From positions 11,842,001-11,906,000 of the forward strand of contig NC_043020.1 in NCBI RefSeq assembly GCF_006345805.1: a stretch of 64,000 nt of DNA, written 5' to 3'. Positions 14,250-28,411 of this stretch are shown here, piece after piece. Numbering within the stretch: position 1 is the first letter of the stretch; every line of letters starts with the position of its first letter. This stretch comes from Octopus sinensis. Taxonomy: Eukaryota. A program made the position numbers and the translations under genes. The notes below the pieces were generated by a model. It was not told the origin of the DNA. It did no database searches and saw nothing but the letters and a program-made list of their open reading frames with translations.

Positions 14250-14515
14250 TTTCGACCAAATTAAATATTTGTTTACTGTCAGAATTCAAGCTATAGAAAT
14301 GAAAGTTTTAATCTAAACGTAACACAAATATTTGAGAGGAAAACACATAACACACATCTGTGTGTGTCTTTATGTATGTATGTATGTATGTATGTATGTA
14401 TGAATGTATGTATGTATGTGTATGTATGTGTGTGTGAATGTGTGCGTTCGTATATGTGTGACTGTGACGCCTAAATACATGCGAGCACATGATAATAAAA
14501 ACGTGTTTTGACGTA

Positions 14516-14558
<43 letters not shown>

Positions 14559-14849
14559 GTGTGTTATATAAGTGCATGAATGTATGTGAGCAGTTTCCTT
14601 TATGTACTAATTGAATGAAATGCTATAACCAATCCCCTACACACCGCCTACACAAAACCACGGTTTCTTAACGTGGCAATGGGAGGTCATTTACGTAGCA
14701 ACCGAGTCTGCTAGAAACAACAGCCGAACGTTGCACCAAACACAGTTTCCCCTCTCTGCAGAAAAGGAATAATCCTGGTCGGAGCGCTGATCTGCATCCA
14801 TCCAAGCAACATTAATAGTTATCTTGTTTTAGGGACAGTAAGAGTCCAC

Positions 14850-15278
14850 GGATCTTTTCGGTTTGAACGGCAGTTTTTTCTAGCGGTGTCATATGAAATT
14901 GTCACCCATAATTGTGACCCTAGTATCGATCTATTGCATTTCAATCTGTTTTAGGGTTAGGGTTAGCGTTAGGGGTGGGGGAAGGGTATCTTTTTTTCTT
15001 CACAAATGTAAATAAACCCAATCTGCTTCTTAAACGAGGGACATATTCATACGGCACAGAATGTTTTTTTTTTACCTCAATGGACGTCATTGATTGGTTG
15101 AAATTGCAGAAATTGCAGAAAAAAAACAACAACAAATATCTTACAAACTATAGAATTTTCTCAATAAAGCCAAGAGAAAAAGATGTTTTATAAACACATT
15201 GTACCAGTATACGAAGTTTAAAATTTTTTAGTTACTTGGAAATTATGTTAAAAACTGCCGTTCAAACCGAAAAGATCC
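14850..15278. mobile_element. Same MITE family, 8-bp TSD (GAGTCCAC)
   Basis: TIRs GGATCTTTTCGGTTTGAACGGCAGTTTTT / AAAAACTGCCGTTCAAACCGAAAAGATCC. TSD at 14842-14849 and 15279-15286. Confidence 0.9.
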
Positions 15279-15618
15279 GAGTCCACTAATAATTGATGAG
15301 AGAAAAATTAAACTAAAGCAAAAATTAAATTCACTTTTACATTTTACTTGCTTCAGTCATCGGAGTGCGGTCATGCTGGAGCACTTCTCTGAAGGTTTTT
15401 GCTGACCAACTCGATAGCAGTATTTATATATATTATTAACAATGGCACTTATTTCACCGGCCCTCCCTAACCGAACCTCTAAGTTTCAAGGACATAGTTC
15501 CGGGTTCACTCCCAGTGCATGGCACCTTCGGTAAGTGTCTTCTATTATGGCCACGGGTCGACCAAAACATTGTGAGTAGATTTGGTAGACGGAAACTGAA
15601 ATAAGCCCGTGGTGTATT

Positions 15619-15742
<124 letters not shown>

Positions 15743-16333
15743 TGTATGCATGTTATGTGAGGTCGCTTTCGAGTGCTACTGGTAACATGTAACCCAGTAC
15801 AACCTGTTGCATGGTCGGATCGTCGGCGACTAAACCGGCAACTCCACCAAGCTTGCTTGGTGAGGAGGGCGTTTATTGGACACCCTGCGGGATGGAAAAC
15901 AAAACCCGTCAAAGGGCGGAAGAACTCTTGATAGTCAACGGTCATCCAATAAATGTCTTAAGGCTGTATCATGCGCGGGGACATAGAAATAATCGGACTG
16001 AATACCCGATCGCGCGGTTAAACCATTGGGAGGGAAGGACTCCTAGCCTTTGTTAGGGCATCCTTCGAGGAGAAGGTAACTCAGGTAACTGGGATAACTC
16101 CGACATAAAAACTGCGGCTCAGTGGTTACCGATGATGTTGACTTGTTCTTCTTTTCGGATTATGGCTGCTGTTGCTTAGTGAGTGGGATTGACTCAGTGC
16201 ACAGCCTTTCCTCACTTAAAAAAATCTTCTTGCACAGGCATTGCACGATAACAACATTGATTAAGTTTCGTGCAATGGCCATACTCGATAACGAGGGGGC
16301 AGCCACCATGTATATATATATATATATATATAT

Positions 16334-17117
16334 ACTAGCAGTATCGCCCGGCGTTGCTCGGATTTGTAAGGGAAATAACTATATAAGCATTTTTAGAGAG
16401 TTATAGCCAAAAAATAGCAAAAAAAAATGCATTAAAAATTGAAAAAAAATTAAGGTAAATTTTTTTTTTAAATCGTTGACACATCGTAGATATTTTTAGA
16501 GAGTTACTTCCCTTATATAAAAGCGAAAAAAATGCATTAAAATGGAAAAATATGATGGTAAATTTTTTTAAAATCGCAGACTCATCGTAGACGCGCGCTA
16601 ATACCCAGAAGGGCTCGATATGAATCACGACTATAAGATACCCGCTTTTGGTTAAACTGCACCGCAAAATGTGGGAGTAGTTAGGAATCTAAATCGTAGG
16701 AGACAGACACACAACTTCACTCTTATATAAAGACTAGCAGTATCGCCCGGCGTTGCTCGGGTTGTAAGGGAAATAACTATATAAGCATTTTTAGAGAGTT
16801 ATAGCCAAAAAATAGCAAAAATTATGCATTAAAAATTGAAAAAAAATTAAGGTAAATTTTTTTTTAAATCGTTGACACATCGTAGATATTTTTAGAGAGT
16901 TACTTCCCTTATATAAAAGCGAAAAAATGCATTAAAATGGAAAAATATGATGGTAAATTTTTTAAAAATCGTAGACTCATCGTAGACGCGCGCTAATACC
17001 CAGAAGGGCTCGATATGAATCACGACTATAAGATACCCGCTTTTGGTTAAACTGCACCGCAAAATGTGGGAGTAGTTACGAATCTAAATTGTAGGAGACA
17101 GACACATAACTTCACTG
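16334..17117 (+). mobile_element. Two head-to-tail HINE-like elements
   Basis: Same termini; junction at 16732/16733. Confidence 0.7.
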
Positions 17118-17443
17118 CTTTTTTTTTTCAGTCATAGAGTTAGATTTATGAAGGTCTTCAGTAGAAAATCCTTCGAATTCTGACTCGCTGCTTGATATAA
17201 TGAAATTCGTATCCATTTTTGTCAGAATTACAAATTTTGAAAACACAATAGGAACAAATTTCGGAAAAAAATCTCCCATAATTCACGGAATTAAAATTAC
17301 ACTTCGATTTTTGTACAAAACTGTATTTGAAGTGTTTACGAAGTATAATACGTGTTTTCACGAATGTACTAAAGAGATTTACTCTGATATTCTCATTTAA
17401 ATATGAATAGGTAAATTCGGGCGGTTTGGTAACGAAAGGGTTA
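17118..17443 (-). mobile_element. Probable piggyBac left-end fragment
   Basis: TTAA|CCCTTTCG terminus. Minus-strand acidic SSSESEFEGFSTEDL resembles a piggyBac transposase N-terminus. Confidence 0.45.
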
Positions 17444-17981
17444 AACGGATGCATACATTTATTAATAACTATATATAAGTGTCGTCTGTTTATACACTCT
17501 TTCATACTTTCAGTTTAGTCTTCCTCAAATCACTCTGTCGCTATTTACTCTCTTCCAAGAACATTTTCACTCACTCTTATCTCTTAGCTTGCCATACATT
17601 TTACTCATGTATCTATCAGCGTGATAGACAGAAACAAATATTACATCGCCATCGCATTCTATTGTCTACCTGTCAACACACACACAGTGAATTAGTTTCA
17701 GTTTATTCGTTGCACACTGTGTGTGTGCGTTTGTGTGTGCTGTAAACCAGACTAAGAAAAGCATTTGACATACACACCAGAATGTGAGTCTTCTGTAAAT
17801 TTTGCTTAATTGGAGTTTAAATTTTAAAAACTGGACCTGGCATGACCCGATGCATTCTACTCTTAAAAATGCCAGGTAAATTGTAATTGAAGAAATTCTA
17901 TATTGTAGATTTCTATAAGTGACAAAGGGAGGCAGATAAAATCTGCCTTTTATAATAAGATATATATATATATATATATTA

Positions 17982-18022
<41 letters not shown>

Positions 18023-18089
18023 CATACATACATTATATATATATATATATATATACTATATATATATATATATATATATACACATACAT

Positions 18090-18238
<149 letters not shown>

Positions 18239-18253
18239 ATATATATATATATA

Positions 18254-20356
18254 GGGTCATTCCATAAATAATGCGGTTTATGAAGTGAAAGTCGGTGAGG
18301 GATGGGATAAACTACCTGCATCAACTTGCTATAAAGGCAGGTGGTAATTTTACTTTCTGCTTATTCTTAGTGCAAATTTTGAAGAGTGCACATCGACTGT
18401 AACAGTTATATTTTCAAACCTATAGTGAAAGTGACAAAGGAGCATATTCGGCATATTTTGCTTTATAGGTTCAATAAGGGCAACAGCGCAACAGAAAATG
18501 CGAGGGATATCAATACAGTATATGGGGGATCGGAGAATAGGCGTAAGCCAGTGTCAACGGAGGTTCCAGAAATTTCAGAACCTGAAACTGCAGTCTACGA
18601 GACGAACCTCGTCCTGGATGATCTGTTGACGATCTGTTGAGGAACTAGAAGAGAAGCTTGGATTTGGTCATTCAATCACTCATTGACACCAGCGCTAGAA
18701 GAAAAACGATCATGTTTAGTTTCAAGACGAAAGGTGTTCTTTTATCAGGATAATTTTCGGCTACATACAGCGAGGATAACATTCCAAAGGTTGGAGCAGT
18801 TGGAATGGGAAATGATGGAAATGATGCCCCACCCTAACCCATTGCCCTATCTGATTATCATTTATTCTGCAGTCTTCAAAATCATTTGGACGGAAAAAAT
18901 ATGAATTTTGCAGACGAGATCAGAACAGCACTGGAGGAGTGGTTTTCGTCACGGATAAGTGAATTTTGGAAGAGGAGCCTTGCAAGTCTATCAGACAGAT
19001 GGAAGAACCTTGTAGAAAATGGAGACTATATTTTATTGGGCTGTCCGGAAAGTTCGTGCCGATTTATAGCAGCTTACCTTTCGACTTATTTTAGAACATG
19101 GTCGAGTCCATAAAATAGGATTTGACTACACTTCCATTTAGAGCACAGTTTAAGCTATCTTTTCGTGGAAGAAGGTTTATGTTCCTATAACCCTTTTAAT
19201 TCTGTAACCCTTTAAAATGGAAGATAAGAAAGTTCATTTTCGGCACTTGATGCTTTTCTTTTTCCGTAAAGGGAAAAATGCCTCACAAGCAACCAAAGAA
19301 ATACGCACAGTTTACGGTGATGTTTCTTTATCCGAAAGAGCTGTACGGAAGTGGTTCGCAAGGTTCCGAGCTGGAGATTGTAGCCTTATTGATAAAGAGC
19401 GATCAGGCAGACCATCCACTACAGATGATGACCAAATCAAGTCATTAATTGAGAATAACCGACATTGCACAACCCGAGAATTGGCAGAAAGCCTCAACCT
19501 ATCAAAATCCGTCGTTCATGAGCACCTGGTAAAGCTTGGGTACACAAATCGCTACGATGTTTGGGTACCACATGAGTTGAGTGAGAATAACCTTTTGGAT
19601 CGCATTTCCATCTGTGATTCGCTTTATAAACGGAATGAAAACGCACCTCTTTTAAAGCAAATTGTGACAGATGATGAGAAATGGATTATGTACCGAAATG
19701 TTCAGAGAAAGCAAACCTGGAGTAAGCGACATGAGCTACCCTTAGCCACTCCAAAAGCGGGTCTTCACCCTAAAAAGTCTTGCTTTGTGTCTGGTGGGAT
19801 TGGAAAGGAATTCTGTACTATGAGCTTCCCCCAAGTAACCAGACAATTAATTCTGAGGAATACTGCACACAACTGGACGAGTTAAAAGCAGCAATTCAAG
19901 AGAAATGTCCAGAATTGACCAACAAGAAAGGTGTTGTTTTCCAACATGTTAATGCAAGACCGCACGTTTCTTTGGGAACCTGACAAAAATTGCTGCAGAT
20001 CGGCTGGGATGTGTTACCCCACCCTCCATATTCACCAGATATTGCTCCTTCGGATTTCCACTTATTCAGGTCTCTGCAGAATAGTCTTAATGGTAAAAAT
20101 TTCAATTCCTTGGATGACGTAAAAAGATACCTTGATGAATTCTTTGCCATGAAACCACCTCAACTCTGGGAAGAGGGTATTTTCAAGTTAAAGGAAAGAT
20201 GGAGACGCATTGTGCAACAAAATGGTTCATATTTGGTTGATTAAAAATATAATGGCAAGTATCTATTGAACTTTTTCTTTCCTTTAAAAATCGGCACGAA
20301 CTTTACCGACAACCCAACAGATTACAAAAAACTGCATTATTTATGGGATGATCCAA
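18254..20356 (+). mobile_element. Degenerate mariner (host element) containing a nested second mariner
   Basis: TIRs GGGTCATTCCATAAATAATGCGGTTT / AAACTGCATTATTTATGGGATGATCC. Fragmentary transposase (KEHIRHILLY..., QDNFRLHTARIT..., DRWKNLVENGDYIL). Confidence 0.85.
19036..20317 (+). mobile_element. Mariner transposon with near-complete but inactivated transposase (19217-20244)
   Basis: About 30-bp TIRs (TTGGGCTGTCCGGAAAGTTCGTGCCGATTT and its near reverse complement). WVPHEL and YSPDIAPSD motifs. One frameshift near 19780 and one in-frame stop. Confidence 0.95.
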
Positions 20357-20657
20357 TACATGTATATATTTATGTGAGTGTGTCTATGTTTGGCTCCCCC
20401 TCCATTGGGTCTAATAAAAGTAGATTTATAAGTTCAAAAATTGCTGATTAATTTGTCAGTGGACAGTTTAGATTAACGAGGAAGCGCCTGGCCGAAGAAG
20501 TACTTGACCGCAGTATTTGGATATTTTATCCGGTTCATGCTGTTTTATCAAAACTATTCTTCGTTTGAGAATAAATTATTTCTTTATTTGTATCATTCAA
20601 TACATCTGAGCGCTTCTAAAATCAAACTTTGTTTACATTTATCGTAATTTGAAATTA

Positions 20658-20690
<33 letters not shown>

Positions 20691-21721
20691 TGTATGTATG
20701 TATGTATGTATGTATGTATGTATGTATGTATGTATGTATGTATGTATGTATGTATGTATGCATGCATGCATGCATGTATGTATGTATGTATGGTATGTAT
20801 GTATGTATATGTATATGTGTACATATTTACATATGTATACATGTATGTATATGTAGGTATATATGTATGTATATATATATATATGTATATGTATATATAT
20901 ATATAGCCATTTAAAATTTATTTTTTAAAATATTGATATTTTTAGATATGAAATCCACCTGATGAATGTCATTTGAAGACAGGAAACAATTGTAGTGGCG
21001 ATTTATTTACTTTATATTAAATTTTTTATGTATTGATTAAGTCTTTCCTTGTTTGATTTGCAAAATAGTGGTTTTGTCTCTAATTAATATTATATATATA
21101 TATATATATTTACAATTGAGGATAAAATCTTTATAAGAAATTATCAGTAGTTAGCGTGAAAAACCTCGTAAGAGAAAAAATCCGTAAATTTTTCCACTTT
21201 GAAAATATTTATTTATATTATATTGAGGGTACTACTATTCATAGATACCACACGCTAAGAGGGACCAATGCGGTCAAAACTACTAAAATAAACAAAATGT
21301 TACCGAATGCAAAACTTCAAAGCAAGTCGTTTAAAAAAAGAATTTAGTTACATATCACCTGTGATTTCGCAATTAATGCAGAATATGCATTCTATGTTCA
21401 TCAGTGCAACAAACTCAAGACATATAAGAAAAAACATAACGTTACAAACCCGATAGCCAACCGTAGAATTCGTCGTAGTACACATACTCACTGACATAAT
21501 CTACAGACAAGGGACTGATTCGGCTTCATGCAACTTAAAGATTCCGAGGCTCCTAGAACGAACCTAACTCTTAAGGTTCTTCACCACTTACGTTTGTTCT
21601 ATGAGGTTGCACGACGCTTAGTCAAACGGCGAATAAATAATATACGTAAATCCTACCTAATGGTTTGAGTGCCGCGTTCTTCCGTTTGTCCACTCTCTCT
21701 CGTTCACACACACACACATAG

Positions 21722-21767
<46 letters not shown>

Positions 21768-22063
21768 GCACACAGACGTAAGCAAACACGCATATACACA
21801 CGCACACACATAAGAACATCTACCAAATCCAATCACAAAGCGTTGGTCAGCCCGAGGTTATACTACAAGGCACTTCCCCAAGATACCACGCGGTGGGACT
21901 TGAACCCGGAGCCATTTGGCTAGGAAGCAAGCTTCTTACCGCACACCCACGCCTGTATGTATGTATGTTTGTTTGTTTGTTTGTTTGTATGTATGTATGT
22001 ATGTATGTATGTATGTATGTATGTTTGTATGTATATATGTTTGTATGTATATATGTATGTATG

Positions 22064-22097
<34 letters not shown>

Positions 22098-22231
22098 TGT
22101 ACGTACGTATGTATGTATGTATGTATGTATGTATGTATGTATGTATGTATGTATGTTTGTATGTATATATGTATGTATGTATGAATGTATGTATGTATGT
22201 ATGTATGTATGTATGTACGTACGTATGTATG

Positions 22232-22265
<34 letters not shown>

Positions 22266-22498
22266 TGTATGTATTTACTCTTTTACTCGTTTCAACCGAT
22301 GGTGGTGTGTTTACGTCACCAAAACTGAGCGGTTCGGCGAAAGAGACCGATAGAATAAGTACTAGGCATACAAAGAATAAGACCTGGTGTTGATTTGCTC
22401 GACTAAAGGCGGTACTCCAGCATGGCCGCAGTCAAATGACTGAAACAAGTAGAGAGAGAGAGAGATAAATAAATAGATAGATAGATAGATAGATAGAT

Positions 22499-22572
<74 letters not shown>

Positions 22573-22795
22573 GCCAGCTCGAAGGAACCCAGTAATTGAT
22601 TCTTTTCCCAAAACTGGAACCTTGGTTAGAATGCTTGAAAATATTAGGAAGAGTGATAGAAAGACGCATGTTTTGTGACTCGGTGCACGTATTTCAGACT
22701 ATAATCAAATGCGTACGGAATGTTCTAGAACAAATATTGGCAGGAAAATCTGATGGCAAATTAAGATCAAGAATAAAAATATTGTTTCCTCTTAC

Positions 22796-23189
22796 CGAAT
22801 CCAAAACCAACCAGACATCGCCCGAACAGCAGCATATATTGGTTGACGGCACTTGCTGAAATAATAGCTCCAAGTAAATAGGAAATACTACTCGCCATAA
22901 CTGTTTTTTTTCGGCCAATTTTGTTGCTAATATGAGATCCAATAACGCTAATAATTGCAGCCACGGGTAAGGGTCCAGCTGTAATCAACCCTTGCCAACT
23001 CGCTGAAAGTTGCATGGTTTCTTTGACGAGAAGTATAGCGCTTGATGTTGCACCAAAATCACATCCCATTGAGAAAAGTGAAATTACTACTAGGACCACC
23101 AGAAAATACAGTCTTAACGTTTTTCCGTTTTCAGGTGATTCCTTGTCCTGCTTTACATTAAACATGCCTTTGTTTCGATTTTTGGCCAT
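22796..23189 (-). CDS. SLC2A13-like: Variable first coding exon B (intact, 394 nt = 131 codons + 1)
   Basis: ORF MAKNRNK...FSMGCDFGATSSAILLVKETMQLSASWQGLI...NKIGRKKTV...GRCLVGFGFG, then GTAAGAGG donor at 22795. Sugar-porter TM1 motif and [D/N]-x-x-G-R-[R/K] loop motif. Confidence 0.88.
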
Positions 23190-24182
23190 ATCCGATCGAA
23201 ATTATAACGTGTTTACTGCTCGAAATCAAAATGTAGTAATGAAAATTATGTAGACTCAAATTCGATACAATATTTCAAAGAAGACCAGAGAAAGAGGAGT
23301 AGGCGAGTTATTTAATTGGTTGTAATATACAAATGCTCGGTTAAAAATTATACTTTTCAAGTGAGTTGTTCGAGTGTAAAATAGTTTTATAAACTGCATA
23401 ATTGCATTTTTGAGATACTTTAATAACACAGTGTATTGCAAATTTAAAGGTAGAACAGGTGTAGTGGAAGCAAAGTGGGAGGCTTTCCTTGCACCAACAC
23501 TCATCACACTCCTATTGAGACACCCACGTCCTCCAGCAAAACTACTTGCTTACCTTCTACTGGGAAGCACTCCGTCGGTTACGACGACGAGGGTTCCTGT
23601 TGATCCGAATCAACGGAACAGCCTGCTCGTGAAATTAACGTGTAAGTGGCTGAGCACTCCACAGACACGTGTATCCTTAACGTAGTTCTCGGGGATATTC
23701 AGCGTGACACAGAGAATGACAAGGCCGGCCCCTTGAAATACAGGTACAACAGAAACAGGAAGTAAGAGTGAGAGAAAGTTGTGGTGAAAGAGTACAGCAG
23801 GGATCACCACCATCCCTGCCGGAGCCTCGCGGAGCTTTAGGTGTTTTCGCTCAATAAACACTCACAACGCCCGGTCTTGGAATCGAAACCGCGATCCTAC
23901 GACCGCGAGTCCGCTGCCCTAACCACTGGGCCATTGTGCCTCACCTTCTACTACTACTACGCCCAGTCTGTCTTAACATTTCCCTGCATAATGATCTGAT
24001 ACGTTAGACACTTATCAGTCCACTCTAAAGTAGGAGGCCGAGTTTTTTTCCTACAATTTGGTGAACTACATCTGCCAATATTATGAAGTAACTCGGACCC
24101 CCCAGAAACAGCTGTCGGGACTAGTAACACCGTACCTTCTCTCCTCTAATTCTTTGAGTCTATATAATCTGAATAAGGTATA

Positions 24183-24388
24183 CATAAGGGGGTTATCGCA
24201 CTCAGTTTGCAGAACGTTTGATTTTGAGGTGATACTTGGACCTAATCACAACTTTTGAGGGAGTTCCGAAAAAAATATTTAAATATACAGATAAAAGTGT
24301 TTGTGTTTTATATACAAAATATATACACAGGTCTACATTTAAATAAAGAAAGGCAAGACAGAAAGAATATAAGATGATTAACACTCAA

Positions 24389-24468
<80 letters not shown>

Positions 24469-24886
24469 ATTATTATTATTTAAGGGAATAAAATCCAACT
24501 TACAGGGAAAAAAAATTCAATTTAGAAATACTAAATCAAATTTCACACAATAATATATATATATAAAAATTAGAAAAATACCACCTTTTATCAATTCAAA
24601 ATGAACAATTAAATTACACCATCTAGAAAATTACATATAATAGAAATGAGTGACTATATTTATATCGAAGTGATTTTACTACTACTATAATCATTTCTTA
24701 AATATAGCCACGAAACACGTGTCGTTATTCTACCAATTATATACGTTTTTATCATTTTTGCAATTTTCTTAATCACTGACATTTTATTGTTATTTTAATT
24801 TTAATATTTCTATTATATGTAATTTTCTAGATGGTGTAATTTAATTGTCCAATTTGAATTGATAAAAGGTGTTTTTTTTCTAATTT

Positions 24887-24958
<72 letters not shown>

Positions 24959-25155
24959 CTTGAGTTATAATATTTCAGTCTTTGCCTTTTCTTTATTTAA
25001 ATGTAGACAGGTGTATATATTTTGTGTATAAAACACAAAGACTTTTATCTGTATATTTAAATTATATTTTTCGGAACCCCCTCAAAAGTTGTAGTTAGGT
25101 CCAAGTGTCACCTCAAAACCAAACTTTCTGCAAACTGAATGCGATATCCCCACTG
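24183..25155. mobile_element. Foldback Tc1/mariner-type MITE (long imperfect palindrome); duplicate at 29400-30462
   Basis: TA-flanked termini CATAAGGGGGTTATCGCACTCAG / CTGAATGCGATATCCCCACTG. About 200-bp outer arms and further inner inverted arms. Confidence 0.75.
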
Positions 25156-26727
25156 TATATAGCCCTTGAATTCTGATAACCTGCCAAAAGGCGAAAAATC
25201 CTACTTCAATATATATCATGCATAATTTTGAATGAAACTGCATAAAATCTATAACTTTAATCTACTAATAAGTATATTGATATAAAATAAACTTGCAGCA
25301 GTGGCTGTGTGGTAAGTAGCTTGCTAACCAACCACATGGTTCCGGGTTCAGTCCCACTGCGTGGTATCTTGGGCAAGTGTCTTCTGCTATATCCCCGGGC
25401 CGACCAAAGCCTTGTGAGTGGATTTGGTAGACAGAAACTGAAAAGAAGCCTGTCGTATATATGTATATATATGTATGTGTGTGTTTGTGTGTCTGTGTTT
25501 GTCCCCCTAGCATTGCTTGACAACCGATGCTGGTGTGTTTATGTCCTCGTCATTTAGAGGTTCGGCAAAAGAGACCGATAGAATAAGAATACTGTGGGCT
25601 TACAAAGAATAAGTCCCGGGGTCAAGTTGCTCGACTAAAGCGGTGCTCCAGTACGGCCGCAGTCAAATGACTGATACAAGTAAAAGAGTAAAGAGTAAAG
25701 AGTATAGCTAATAAAACTTTTGCAAGATGGCGGAAATCCAAGATGGCGACAAAAATTCACTATTTAGATAGACGGATTTCAGGCTATATTGGATAGGCAG
25801 CTTATTTTATGTCATTTCATATGTTTGCGAGGTCTAGAAGTCCTCTGATAAAAGTCAATCGTTATTTATTTTGATGATGTATCTAAAAATCAGTTTGGGA
25901 AACATTATCAACACGTCTCCCCATGCTCTGGCAAATATGGACTTAGCTAATTCACAATCTCGACTCAGAATGCAGTGTGGGATTTATCAAGTATAAGATG
26001 AATCGTCGAGGTGCCAAGGAAATTCAAATTAACATCTTCTTCTCAAGTTAAATCCAAGTCGGCTGATCTGATTGAACGTTGTGAATCCGGAGCACCCAGG
26101 CAATATACCAAACTCTCCACACCTAGAGGGCAAGTGCCTGACATCATTAAAGAACGGGATAACCGCCAGCACTAGTTAATGGTGGCGCGTGGCTTAGTGG
26201 TTAGGGGCATTCGGTTCATGATCGTAAGGTCGTGTGTTCAATTCCCGGCGGCGCGTTGTGTCCTTCAGCAAGACACCTTATTTCACGTTGCTCCAGTCCA
26301 CTCAGCTGGCAAAAATGAGTAGTACCTGTATTTCAAAGGGCCAGCCTTGTCACACTCTGTGTCACGCTGAATTTCTCCGAGGACTACGTTAAGGGTACAC
26401 ATGTCTGTGGAGTGCTCAGCCACTTGCACGTTAATTTCACGAGCAGGCTGTTCCGTTGATCGTATCAGCTGGGACCCTCGTCGTCGCAACCGACGGAGTG
26501 CTCTCAATGGTGGAGGGACTGGAGAAGAAGGAAATCGCCAACATTGCTGTGGATGGACGATGGACAGTCGACTTGGATATTATGAAAGATCACAGTGGAC
26601 CGTTTACTAGCAGCACTGAGGTAGATACCTATCGCCTGGCAGATATACTAGATGAAAAAAGATCAACAGGTTGTACTTAGAAATCATATAGGCGCAGGAG
26701 TGGTTGTGTGGTAAGTAGCTTGCTAAC

Positions 26728-27188
26728 CGTCGCCGAAGTCGCAAGTGTTTTTTAGGCGGGGTGTTGTTGCTGCTTGATGTCACGTCGTTCGTCGTGAAAT
26801 ATTGAATTTTGAGGCTCGACTACAGGTAGGCATTTGTTTTATATTTTTTAGGGCTTAGTGGAGTTTGTTGCTCTGTATTTAATATTTTTCAGTGAGTAAT
26901 AGACTCCACTCTGCTCTGGACATTTTCCTGCCTGTGGTCGCCTTTAGAGACTCACTTTGCAGTTAGAATTGTGTTTTTGAAGAGGCGTAGTCCCTCTACA
27001 AAAATTAATTTGTTTTGAAATTGTCTTTGTGTTTTCCACTGGATTTACCTCGGAGAACCAAGGATTACCAAGGACTGTTTTTGAAAGGTATTTTACCAAT
27101 TGGACATTTGGCCAGGAGTACCTTTTTTTGGCCAAAAAAATTAATTCCTTTGTCTGGATTTGAACTCTCTTCTTCGAGCTATCGTTTA
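26728..27188 (+). mobile_element. Truncated 5' part of the ORF1-only element (end of the first tandem-duplication unit)
   Basis: Near-identical to 32029-32488; ends abruptly at a (TATG)n tract. Confidence 0.8.
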
Positions 27189-27732
27189 TGTATGTATGTA
27201 TGTATGTATGTATGTATGCATGTATGTATGCATGTTTGTATGTATATATGTATGTATGTATGAATGTATGTATGTATGTATGTATGTATGTATGTATGTA
27301 TGTATGTATGTATGTATGTATCTATGTATGTATGCATGCATATATGCATGCATGTATGTATGTATGTATGAATGTATGTATGTATGTATGTATGTATGTA
27401 TGTATGTATGCATGTATGTATGCATGTATGTATGTATGTATGAATGTATGTATGTATGTATGTATGTATGTATGTATGTATGTATGTAGCATGTATGTAA
27501 ATATGTATGTATGTATGAATGTATTTACTCTTTTACTCGTTTCAACCGATGGTGGTGTGTTTACGTCAGCATAACTGAACGGTTCGGCGAAAGAGACCGA
27601 TAGAATAAGTACTAGGCATACAAAGAATAAGTCCTGGGGTTGATTTGCGGTGCTCCAGCATGGCCGCAGTCAAATGACTGAAACAAGTAAAGAGAGAGAG
27701 AGATAAATAGATAGATAGATAGATAGATAGAT

Positions 27733-27794
<62 letters not shown>

Positions 27795-28017
27795 GCCAGC
27801 TCGAAGGAACCCAGTAATTGATTCTTTTCCCAAAACTGGAACCTTGGTTAGAATGCTTGAAAATATTAGGAAGAGTGATAGAAAGACGCATGTTTTGTGA
27901 CTCGGTGCACGTATTTCAGACTATAATCAAATGCGTACGGAATGTTCTAGAACAAATATTGGCAGGAAAATCTGATGGCAAATTAAGATCAAGAATAAAA
28001 ATATTGTTTCCTCTTAC

Positions 28018-28411
28018 CGAATCCAAAACCAACCAGACATCGCCCGAACAGCAGCATATATTGGTTGACGGCACTTGCTGAAATAATAGCTCCAAGTAAA
28101 TAGGAAATACTACTCGCCATAACTGTTTTTTTTCGGCCAAATTTGTTGCTAATATGAGATCCAATAACGCTAATAATTGCAGCCACGGGTAAGGGTCCAG
28201 CTGTAATCAACCCTTGCCAACTCGCTGAAAGTTGCATGGTTTCTTTGACGAGAAGTATAGCGCTTGATGTTGCACCAAAATCACATCCTATTGAGAAAAG
28301 TGAAATTACTACTAGGACCACCAGAAAATACAGTCTTAACGTTTTTCCGTTTTCAGGTGATTCCTTGTCCTGCTTTACATTAAACATGCCTTTGTTTCGA
28401 TTTTTGGCCAT
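28018..28411 (-). CDS. SLC2A13-like: Variable first coding exon C (intact, 394 nt; near-identical duplicate of B)
   Basis: Same as B except M>I before GCD and KIG>KFG. GTAAG donor at 28017. Confidence 0.85.

Noticed and set aside
15750-16310. GC-richer segment resembling a LINE 5' UTR
   Set aside because: No ORF or terminal feature to confirm the class from sequence alone.
26504-26680. Short coding-like stretch (MVEGLEKKEIANIAVDGRW...) duplicated at 31.8-32.0 kb
   Set aside because: Present twice only because of the tandem duplication; no identifiable family or splice signals.
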